This document shows positions 47,137 to 55,079 of a stretch of DNA of 64,000 nt, piece after piece (within the stretch, counting starts at the first letter, position 1; every line of letters begins with the position of its first letter). Source of the DNA: an uncultured Acidobacteriota bacterium. Its GTDB lineage: Bacteria > Acidobacteriota > Terriglobia > Acidiferrales > UBA7541. Position numbers and translations under genes: made by a program. The notes below the pieces were generated by a model. The model did not search any database and was not told the DNA's origin. It was given only the letters and a program-made list of their open reading frames with translations. Location: assembly GCA_963779465.1 (NCBI GenBank), contig CAVZYH010000004.1:395075-459074 (forward strand), read 5' to 3'.

Positions 47137-48372
47137 TTACACCTGCGCTTGCAGGATTTCTCCTGGAAGCTGGCCGATGCGTGATTTGGTGTTGGACTGA
47201 AAACGTTCTAGCGCGCTCTTCACCGCGGGGGGTTGTTTCTCTCCCGGATCGCCCTCCGCGCGCATGCGCTCCATCTTGATACCGAGTGTGCGTTCCAGAG
47301 CCATCAGCTCGGAGCGCTGCTCGCGGCCAAAAAGGGTGGAAGCGACGCCGTGTCCGCCCGCGCGTCCCGTGCGTCCGACGCGGTGGATGAAGTTCTCGGC
47401 GATGTCCGGCAAGTCGTAGTTAATCACGTGCGCGATGTCTTGCACGTGAATCCCGCGCGATGCCAGGTCGGTTGCCACCAGGACGCGTATGCGCCCCTGC
47501 TGGAATCCCGTCAAGGCCGCCGTGCGCTGCGACTGCGTGCGCCCGCCGTGAATCGTGGACGCGGCGAATCCGTCGCGGCTCAAAGTGATGGACAGCCGCT
47601 CGGCTCCACGCTTGGTGCGCGTAAAGATGAGGCAGCGGCCGGTTTCCTTCGAAAGCAAACGATGCAGCAACGGCAGCTTGCGATCGCTCGCAACTTCGAA
47701 AGCTTGCACGCGGACGTTCTCGGACGGTTTCAACACGGAGCCAAATGCGAGTCGCACCGGGTTCCGCATGTAATCCTTCACGAGATGCACTACGGAAGCT
47801 TCCAGCGTCGCGGAAAAGCACAGCGTCTGCCGTTCTTTCGGCAGCACGGATGCGATTCTGCGAATCGCGGGAAGGAATCCCATGTCCAGCATGCGATCGG
47901 CCTCATCGAGAATCAGCACGCGCAGATCGCGGAAATGCACGAGCTTGCGCGAGAGGAAATCCTCGAGTCGTCCGGGAGTCGCAACCACCAGCCTGGCGCC
48001 CTTGCGCAAGTTGGTGAGTTGCAGCCCTTCGGACAATCCGCCGACGACCAACGCCGCGGGGCCCAGTTGCTTTCCGCGCAATGCGTTGTACTGCTCGACG
48101 ACCTGCATGGCGAGTTCGCGCGTGGGAACGAGCGCGAGCGCTGCGATTCCCGGCGTCTTTTCCTGCAGCATGCGCTCCATCACTGGAATCAAGAACGCGA
48201 GCGTCTTGCCGGTGCCGGTCTGCGCTGTTGCCAGCACATCTTTCCCGGCCAGCGCTTGCGGGATCGCCGCAGTCTGCACTGGCGTGGGAATCGAGAACTT
48301 GGCGAAAGCCAGCCGCTCTTTGGTATAGGCGGAGATCGCCATTTGTGAAAATGTTTCTGTAATACTATCCAT
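47137..48372 (-). CDS. DEAD-box ATP-dependent RNA helicase (RhlE-like)
   Basis: Q-motif TPVQ, AQTGTGKT, PTRELA, DEAD, SAT, HRVGRTGRAG. Start at ATG 48372 (MDSITETF...). Confidence 0.95.
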   Translation of the reverse strand: MDSITETFSQMAISAYTKERLAFAKFSIPTPVQTAAIPQALAGKDVLATAQTGTGKTLAFLIPVMERMLQEKTPGIAALALVPTRELAMQVVEQYNALRGKQLGPAALVVGGLSEGLQLTNLRKGARLVVATPGRLEDFLSRKLVHFRDLRVLILDEADRMLDMGFLPAIRRIASVLPKERQTLCFSATLEASVVHLVKDYMRNPVRLAFGSVLKPSENVRVQAFEVASDRKLPLLHRLLSKETGRCLIFTRTKRGAERLSITLSRDGFAASTIHGGRTQSQRTAALTGFQQGRIRVLVATDLASRGIHVQDIAHVINYDLPDIAENFIHRVGRTGRAGGHGVASTLFGREQRSELMALERTLGIKMERMRAEGDPGEKQPPAVKSALERFQSNTKSRIGQLPGEILQAQV

Positions 48373-48817
48373 CTGGATGTTGCCTTCTATCTGGCGTAAG
48401 CCGTCGCGGCGCGCACACACGTATTGCACACATCGGGTGCGGGCACAGCAAACTGGTCTTGCCAGTCTTTGTTTTAAATTACGCTGAAGACGTACGGAGA
48501 GAACTGAAGGGCGGGTAATCTCAGATCAACTGCTCACCAGAGGCCGCACAACACAACCGAGGTATTAAGCGCAAAAGAAGAATAACACAATTGGTGGGAA
48601 AGTGCACGGAAAAAGCGACAATTCTCGCTATTTGTACGGCAAGCGTCTATGTAGTCAACAGCATAGCGAGCCGTGAAATTCCGGCCAAGACACGCGTTTT
48701 CGCGTGTGATTTGCAGTTTCCGTTTGATTAGGACTTCACGCCCAGCGTGAATATGCGATACGACCGGAACAGAACACCATCAACGCGCACAACTGGGTGT
48801 ACGGGCATCACTGTTTT

Positions 48818-48845
48818 TTGATCTCTCTGATTGGCGAGGTAGAAT
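48818..48845 (+). promoter_or_regulatory. Putative sigma70 promoter TTGATC-16 nt-TAGAAT for the cytochrome c-PQQ dehydrogenase gene
   Basis: Hexamers at 48818-48823 and 48840-48845, about 50 nt upstream of the TTG 48894 start. Confidence 0.4.
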
Positions 48846-48893
48846 GCTGCGTGTTGAAAGCCCCGAACTAAGAGTCGGCGCTGGAAATATTGA

Positions 48894-50612
48894 TTGCGTC
48901 AAATCTTGGAGGACAACTTGGACGCCGCAAGTAGCGCAAGCTGGAGGCTCCGCAAATCCGCATTCATTGGAGCTCTATCGGCATTCTTATTCGCGGCGAT
49001 CGGCGTGTGTTTGCCGGTCAGCGCACAGAAAGCTTCCTTCCACGGCGCGCCAGCAGCCGCCGAACAGGCTAAGAACCCGTACGCCGGCAAGCGGTCAGCC
49101 GCGCAGGCCGGTGCAAATTTGTTCGCGCGACATTGTGCCGCGTGCCACGGGCCGAAAGGCGAGGGAACTGGCAACATCCCGGCGCTGGCCAAGGGTCCAA
49201 CGCAAAGCGCTCCGGACGGTGCAATCTTCTGGTTCATTACGCAGGGAGATCCGAACAATGGAATGCCGGCGTGGTCGAGTTTGAGCGAACAGCAACGCTG
49301 GCAACTCATCGCGTATTTGAAGTCGCTGGGCGGCGCGAATCCGCCGTCGCCCACAGCGAAAGCAGGCGCTGCGCCTGAGAACAGCACCGCAAAAACCGCA
49401 GCCCCTCCGAATGCACCGTTTACGGATTATCGCTACGAGAATCCCGGCACTGTTCGCAAAATCACGGTGCAAGATTTGCCGCGGCCTTTTGCGACGAAGT
49501 CGGCGGACAACGGCGCGAAAGTGGTGGCGCGTCCGAGCGATGCGTGGCCGAAAACGCTTCCGGGCTTCAGCGTGCAGCAATATGCGAGCGGGCTGAATAA
49601 TCCGCGGCTGATCGTGACGGCGCCGAACGGCGATTTTTTCGTGGCGGATTCCGAACCCGGAGATGTGAAGGTATTTCGCGGAATCACCACGGACGGCAAG
49701 CCGCAGCAGACAGACACATTCGTGACGGGCCTAAAGCAGCCTTACGGAATTGCGTTTTATCCTCCTGGACCCAATCCGCAGTGGGTTTACGTAGGCAACT
49801 TTGATTCCGTTGTGCGCTTTCCGTATCAGAACGGCGATTTGAAAGCCCGCGGACCGCAGCAACACATCGTGGACGTTCCCGGTAAACCTTCTCACTGGAC
49901 GCGGTCGGTGCAATTCACGCCGGACGGAAAGAAAATGCTGGTGGCAGTGGGATCAGGCTCGAACGTGGACGATCCGGACACGACTCCCGCGGAGAAAAAT
50001 CGCGCCGACATTCTGGAATTCAATCCCGACGGCAGCGATATGGAAATTTACGCCTACGGCATACGCAACGCTGGCGGCGGCATCGCATTCAGTCCCGACA
50101 CCGGTGAGCTCTGGGGTTCAGTGAACGAGCGCGACGGGCTGGGCGACAATCTGGTGCCGGACTACATTACCCACGTGCAGAAGGGCGGATTTTACGGCTG
50201 GCCGTGGTGGTACATGGGCGGCCATCAGGATCCGCGGCATGAAGGAAAGCATCCGGAGCTGAAAGATAAAGTGATCACGCCGGACGTTTTGCTACAACCG
50301 CACAATGCTTCGCTGGAATTAACCTTTTACGAGGGCACACAATTCCCAGCGGAATATAAGGGCGATATATTTGCTTCGGAGCACGGCTCGTGGAACAAAT
50401 CTTTGCGCGCCGGTTACGAAGTGATCCGCGTACCGCTGCACCAAACCGGCCACGCTAGCGGTGAGTACGAGGACTTCGTTACCGGCTTCGTGACAGTCGA
50501 CGGAAAAGTCTGGGGCCGTCCTGTAGGGATTACCGTGGCGCCCGACGGTTCGCTGCTGATAACCGACGACGGATCGAACAGCATCTGGCGAGTGGCGTAC
50601 ACCGGAAAATGA
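48894..50612 (+). CDS. Cytochrome c domain fused to PQQ-dependent (sorbosone/glucose) dehydrogenase beta-propeller
   Basis: N-terminal CAACHG...GMPAWSSLSEQQRWQLIAYLKSL. The C-terminal 400 aa have the soluble PQQ-dehydrogenase pattern (...PYGIAFYP..., HWTRSVQF, YAYGIRNAGGIAF, GFYGWPW, DGSLLITDDGSNSIWRV). Start is TTG 48894 or TTG 48918 (GGAGGA 4 nt upstream). Confidence 0.9.
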   Translation: MRQILEDNLDAASSASWRLRKSAFIGALSAFLFAAIGVCLPVSAQKASFHGAPAAAEQAKNPYAGKRSAAQAGANLFARHCAACHGPKGEGTGNIPALAKGPTQSAPDGAIFWFITQGDPNNGMPAWSSLSEQQRWQLIAYLKSLGGANPPSPTAKAGAAPENSTAKTAAPPNAPFTDYRYENPGTVRKITVQDLPRPFATKSADNGAKVVARPSDAWPKTLPGFSVQQYASGLNNPRLIVTAPNGDFFVADSEPGDVKVFRGITTDGKPQQTDTFVTGLKQPYGIAFYPPGPNPQWVYVGNFDSVVRFPYQNGDLKARGPQQHIVDVPGKPSHWTRSVQFTPDGKKMLVAVGSGSNVDDPDTTPAEKNRADILEFNPDGSDMEIYAYGIRNAGGGIAFSPDTGELWGSVNERDGLGDNLVPDYITHVQKGGFYGWPWWYMGGHQDPRHEGKHPELKDKVITPDVLLQPHNASLELTFYEGTQFPAEYKGDIFASEHGSWNKSLRAGYEVIRVPLHQTGHASGEYEDFVTGFVTVDGKVWGRPVGITVAPDGSLLITDDGSNSIWRVAYTGK

Positions 50613-50699
50613 TTTTTTGAGTGTGACGGCACTGCTTGAATCCAGCGCAGCGCCGTCCGCGAATCGTTTTTTATTCGCGACGCGCCCAGTTGAAGCTGC

Positions 50700-51350
50700 C
50701 TAGTCGTTGGGCTGCGGCGGAGCTTGCGGCTTAGCCGCAGCGCCACCTTGACCGCGCGGTCCTCTCCGTCCCGGCCCGTCTGCACCCGAGAGGCCACGGC
50801 CATCGCGCCAGCGATCGCGCATCAATTGCCGGAGCTTCTCGCGTTGCGCAGGAGTAATTGCGTCGCGCATGGTCAGGCGGTAATCAATCGCGGATTTTTG
50901 CAGGGACAATTGCGCAGCGCTGATTTCCTGCAGCTTGCCGTTGATCGCAGCGCGATCCGGCTTGTCTGCCGCGAGCAGCTGTTTCAAATCAATCCGCTGC
51001 ACCTCGAGATCGGCACGATCGCGAATCGCTGTTTTGCGAAAATCGGCCTCCTGCTTGCGAATCGTGGCGGCCTGCTCGTCCGTGATGCCCACTTGTTGCC
51101 GCGTGGATGGATCGTTCAGCAAGCGCGCGAAACTGGAATGCCGGTGTCCTCTGCGGCCAAAGCCTCCGTGCCGATGGCCCCATTGGCCTTCGTTGTCGCC
51201 CGAGCCCATCGAGCCGCGAAGTGACCTGTCTCCGTCCCACGCGCCTCGATGCGCAGGCGGCGGGTCGGCTGGGGCGTCTTGGGCGAGGAGCGGCGCCCAG
51301 CTCAGCGCCAGAGCCAGAACAGCGAATGCAGTCTTGGAATAAATTCCCAT
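50700..51350 (-). CDS. Spy/CpxP-family (LTxxQ) periplasmic protein
   Basis: Signal peptide MGIYSKTAFAVLALALSWAPLLAQ (ATG 51350, GGAG 8 nt upstream). Repeats ITDEQAATIRKQ and ITPAQREKLRQL. His/Gly-rich linker. Confidence 0.75.
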   Translation of the reverse strand: MGIYSKTAFAVLALALSWAPLLAQDAPADPPPAHRGAWDGDRSLRGSMGSGDNEGQWGHRHGGFGRRGHRHSSFARLLNDPSTRQQVGITDEQAATIRKQEADFRKTAIRDRADLEVQRIDLKQLLAADKPDRAAINGKLQEISAAQLSLQKSAIDYRLTMRDAITPAQREKLRQLMRDRWRDGRGLSGADGPGRRGPRGQGGAAAKPQAPPQPND

Positions 51351-51446
51351 GTTCTTTTCTCCGTAACTAGTGTTCTTCATTTGCCAACTGCAATTCTCTG
51401 CCGACTGCGAAAAGGTTCCCCAAATGCCCCTGCGCGTGAAGCCGCG

Positions 51447-51929
51447 CTAGCTTGCGTGCCTGGCAGCCGTGAACTCGCGCGTAAACTGTCCCCCGCTCAT
51501 GGTGCCCTTCAGCGTGTCGCCATCGAGCGTAGCCTTGAATTCCATTTTCATGGTGTTTCCGTCGCGTCCCTGGCGCTGCTCGGTCCAGGAAATCGTGTTG
51601 CCCGAAACTGTGGCGTCAGAAGCGTTTTCGCCGCGCTGCGTTTTGTGAGTGACTTTGAATTTATCGCCGTCTTTCGTGATGGTGAGCGATTGCGGGCCGC
51701 CACCTCCGTGGTGTCCGCCGCCGGCCTGACCATTACCCTGGCCTCCGCTCTGACCGTCGCCTTGGCCACTACCTTGACCACCGCCCTGGCCGCCGCCGCG
51801 ACCGCCGGTGACGGTCATGTCCCATGATCCGACAAAATTGGCATCCTGCGCCGCAGCCTGAAATGCCGTCAGCGAAAACAGCAAAGCGACGAGATAGACA
51901 CCCGCGAATCCCAAGCGACGTTTTGTCAT
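51447..51929 (-). CDS. Secreted small beta-rich protein with a 37-residue Gly/Gln-rich insert, hypothetical
   Basis: Signal peptide ...LTAFQAAAQ and GGGAG SD. Motif FVGSWDMTV ... LTITKDGDKFKVTHK ... ISWTEQ ... KMEFKATLDGDTLKGTM suggests a lipocalin/DUF-type barrel. Confidence 0.6.
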   Translation of the reverse strand: MTKRRLGFAGVYLVALLFSLTAFQAAAQDANFVGSWDMTVTGGRGGGQGGGQGSGQGDGQSGGQGNGQAGGGHHGGGGPQSLTITKDGDKFKVTHKTQRGENASDATVSGNTISWTEQRQGRDGNTMKMEFKATLDGDTLKGTMSGGQFTREFTAARHAS

Positions 51930-52145
51930 AACCTAATCTCCCTAAAGTTTGCGGTGGCTTCGGGCGCGCGCTATTGAAAACAGATCGGCGTGGTCCGCAA
52001 CGAGCCGGCATTCATATGATCTGTGTTTTCCCACACGCTTAATTCAGTTCGAGGGAGCGCAAAGTTCCATAATTTCGTTGAGGTGATCCGTGAGGAATGG
52101 TTGCGTACCAGCGCTTGCGGGGCCTGCATGCAAAGCACTTCTATT

Positions 52146-53900
52146 TCACTTAATAAATCGTGGATCGGCGCTAAAGCTGACCAACCCATCGCGATAATCA
52201 ATCTTCATATCCAGCATGAATAGCATTGCAAATCCCAGAATTCCCGAGATCTCCGTGCCCGTCCGATCGCTTATGTGCGTGAGATCGATGGTGACCAGAT
52301 CCTCGCGCTCCTGCCTGAAGTTCGCGAATTGAATGGTGGCATTCGCCGCGCTATACACCGTCTTGACTTTGCCATTCAAGCCCTTGACCTCCATGGCGTA
52401 CTCGGCGCTCACTTTGCTCACTTCCTTGGCTTCGGCGAGCGACAGTGAATTGTCAAACGCGCCGGTATCAATGAGAAAAAGCTTGGGAAGAGAAGAGTTC
52501 ACTGTGGTGGGAATGAGCAGGTCATGGCCGAAAATAAAAATCGGAGTGTAGTCCTTCATCTCCGGCGCAATATAACGATCGTGCCAGCCCGATTGCTGGG
52601 ACGATTGCGAATCAAGCGAAATTTCGCCTGCCGGCTCGTCGGGATAGGGCGGCAGTTCGCTCAGCTTCATTTTGTGCGCCGGCATGTAGATATCCACGAG
52701 AAAATTACGGAACACATCCGCGCCGATCAGGCCATCACTGCCCAAAACTGAGCTCTTGCCCGAGACCTCGACGAGACAATCGTCAAACTCAAGCTCGCCG
52801 ATCTGAATTTTATCGGCGCGGCCGAGAAATCCCGCCGTCGCCGCGGCGTCGCTGATTCCGTGGATGTGGATGTCTCCGATGGATTTAACGCCCGCTTTCT
52901 CAGCGATATTTCGGTCAATGAGAATTCCGCCTGCGCCCGTGTCCAGCAGCAGCCGAGACGACGCTCCGTTCACCTTAACAGTGAGGCCATATCCTCGAAC
53001 ATGCTTCGGATCATCAAAAAGGGGTTCGAGCTTGGCTTCGGTTGATTTCACTTTCGTTATCAGACGGCACGCCCCTGGCCGGTTCTCCGACTGTGCCGTG
53101 AGCACCTCGAGCTCGTGCTTCAACCTTGTCCGCGAATTGGCATCGTCGTCCGTGGAACTTGCCAGGTAGCCCTGAAGCGCCGCAATTCGTTCCTTGCCGC
53201 GTAACGTGCCCAAGTAAGCTCGCTGAATATCGGGATCGTCGGGATCGAGCTTATAGGCCTGATCGATATTGGTTTTGGCGAGTTTCCGATTCAGAGAAAC
53301 CTCGTAGAGCCAGTATCGCCCCAGGAACGCGCGTGCGTCCAAATCGCACGCGCGGAGCGGCCTGGAGAATGCGGTTTGCGCCTCATTTAGCTTTCCCTGC
53401 CGAAAGTACACTTCGCCCAGCGCGACAATGGCGGGCGCGCGGTCGGGCGTCAGTGCTACTGCTTTTTGCGCCGCAACATACGCTTCGGTGGAGTTGTTCT
53501 GGTCGAGATACACGCGCGCGAGGCCCGCGTAAGCTGCGGCGGCTTCCGAACCGCCTGCGGGAAGTATGGCGTAGTAGGCGGCGATGGCATCGTCAAATTG
53601 TCCGGTGCGATAGAGTCTCAGCGCGGCGGCCATCGGCGCGGTTAAAGGCGGAGCGGTTTCCGGGTTCACGGAGCAGACTGTGCTGTTATTTTTCGGCGAG
53701 GGTGAACCGGGCGCGGGTGCGTCGGAGCTTTTCTGCGCGGCAGGCGCCTGGGATTGGGCGGTCGCGCTCGGTGGTACGGATTGAAAAGCGTCGCGTGCCG
53801 GATCGTCTTGCGTCACGGGTGACGCGGGCAACGTCCCGGGGAGCAGCAACGCGACAATACAAATTGCGACGAGCGTCGTCCTTATCCGCTTGGTTCTCAT
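52146..53900 (-). CDS. Secreted TPR-repeat protein with two retropepsin-like aspartic protease domains
   Basis: ATG 53900 (GGAGG 4 nt upstream) with a signal peptide. TPR block (YRTGQFDDAIAAYYAIL..., GEVYFRQGKLNEAQTAF...). Two D-T-G sites: LLLDTGAGGILI and FLIDTGAFDNSL. Confidence 0.8.
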   Translation of the reverse strand: MRTKRIRTTLVAICIVALLLPGTLPASPVTQDDPARDAFQSVPPSATAQSQAPAAQKSSDAPAPGSPSPKNNSTVCSVNPETAPPLTAPMAAALRLYRTGQFDDAIAAYYAILPAGGSEAAAAYAGLARVYLDQNNSTEAYVAAQKAVALTPDRAPAIVALGEVYFRQGKLNEAQTAFSRPLRACDLDARAFLGRYWLYEVSLNRKLAKTNIDQAYKLDPDDPDIQRAYLGTLRGKERIAALQGYLASSTDDDANSRTRLKHELEVLTAQSENRPGACRLITKVKSTEAKLEPLFDDPKHVRGYGLTVKVNGASSRLLLDTGAGGILIDRNIAEKAGVKSIGDIHIHGISDAAATAGFLGRADKIQIGELEFDDCLVEVSGKSSVLGSDGLIGADVFRNFLVDIYMPAHKMKLSELPPYPDEPAGEISLDSQSSQQSGWHDRYIAPEMKDYTPIFIFGHDLLIPTTVNSSLPKLFLIDTGAFDNSLSLAEAKEVSKVSAEYAMEVKGLNGKVKTVYSAANATIQFANFRQEREDLVTIDLTHISDRTGTEISGILGFAMLFMLDMKIDYRDGLVSFSADPRFIK

Positions 53901-54139
53901 GGGGCCTCCGCAAAGGAATCGCGACGTGACGAAACGACCGAACACCCCGCCCGCGATTGCGAATTCAGGTTCCGAGCGGGAGTGTGCGCGCTGCCTCAGC
54001 GGGACATTCTGTCCAAGGATAACTGCCATGTCAATTGATGATCACAGAGTATGGACAGAAGCGTTACGTGCGGTTGCGGGTCTGTCTGCATTGGCGTCCG
54101 GAATGCGGTTCGCGTCGCGGCGCCGAAACAGATGCTGGT

Positions 54140-54169
54140 TTGACCGTGTGTGGCGCGGGCCGCTATAAT
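54140..54169 (+). promoter_or_regulatory. Near-consensus sigma70 promoter TTGACC-18 nt-TATAAT about 185 nt upstream of efp
   Basis: TTGACC at 54140-54145 and TATAAT at 54164-54169. Confidence 0.55.
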
Positions 54170-54353
54170 ACTTGTTTCGGCGGGGAGCAAAATGCTCGCT
54201 GAAGGAGCGCTTGGCGATTGAGCTGGGCGAGTGCCTGGCGCCGGATACGGTGCGACAGGCGCGCTGTGCCCCACCAGGGCCCGTCGCGATCAGATAGCGG
54301 ACCCGAAACGATACGACGGCGGGGAATTCCAGACCAGAAATCAGGAGCAGGAA

Positions 54354-54914
54354 ATGATTAAGGCAACCCAACTACGCCCGGGAATGATCATCAAGCACGA
54401 GGGCGACCTCTGCGTGGTGTATAGCGTGGATCACCGCACGCCGGGGAACAAACGCGGTTCAATGCAGACCAAGATGCGCAACCTGCGCAACGGAAACATG
54501 ATGGATTTCCGGTTCCGCGCGGAAGAGACGCTGGAAAAAGTGGTGGTGGACGAAATCCAGTTTGAATATCTCTACAGCGACGGCGACACGCACCACTTCA
54601 TGAACACGGAAAACTACGAGCAGCTGGCGCTGCAGAACGACATCGTGGGCGACACCAGGGATTACCTGATTCCCAATCTGCCGGTGAAAATCGAATATTA
54701 CGACGACAAGCCGATTGGCGTGTTGCTGCCGGACACGGTGGACCTGACTGTCGTGGAGACGGAGCAGAGCATCCAGAAAGCGACGGCGAGCGCGGTGATG
54801 AAGCCGGCGAAGCTGGAGACTGGTTTGATCGTGAACGTTCCGCCGTTTGTGGGGAATGGCGACAAGATTAAAGTGGATACTTCTGAGGCACGATACATCC
54901 AGAGAGTGCAGTAA
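54354..54914 (+). CDS. efp: Translation elongation factor P
   Basis: MIKATQLRPGMIIKHEGDLCVVYSVDHRTPGNKRGSMQTKMRNLRNG... is colinear with EF-P. 186 aa from ATG 54354 (AGGAGCAGGAA upstream). The track's 5' extension to 54231 is rejected. Confidence 0.95.
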   Translation: MIKATQLRPGMIIKHEGDLCVVYSVDHRTPGNKRGSMQTKMRNLRNGNMMDFRFRAEETLEKVVVDEIQFEYLYSDGDTHHFMNTENYEQLALQNDIVGDTRDYLIPNLPVKIEYYDDKPIGVLLPDTVDLTVVETEQSIQKATASAVMKPAKLETGLIVNVPPFVGNGDKIKVDTSEARYIQRVQ

Positions 54915-54942
54915 TCGCCAGCCTGAACCGAAACCTAAAGAT

Positions 54943-54988
54943 GGCCGCTCTGTCCCGAGAACCGCGGGACAGAGCGGCCGCTACAAAA
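54943..54988 (-). repeat. REP-like element doubling as terminator hairpin between convergent efp and FGE-fusion genes
   Basis: Perfect 15-bp stem GGCCGCTCTGTCCCG/CGGGACAGAGCGGCC (54943-54957 / 54965-54979). On the minus strand it is preceded by GATTTTGTAGC, the same GTAG head as the 18.5-kb elements. Confidence 0.6.
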
Positions 54989-55079
54989 TCTCCTCAAATT
55001 AGGGCCGCTGTTTCGATCGCGGCCGTTTCTTTTGTCCAAGCGCAGCCGAACTGACGCACAAGATCCAGCGGATGGCGCA

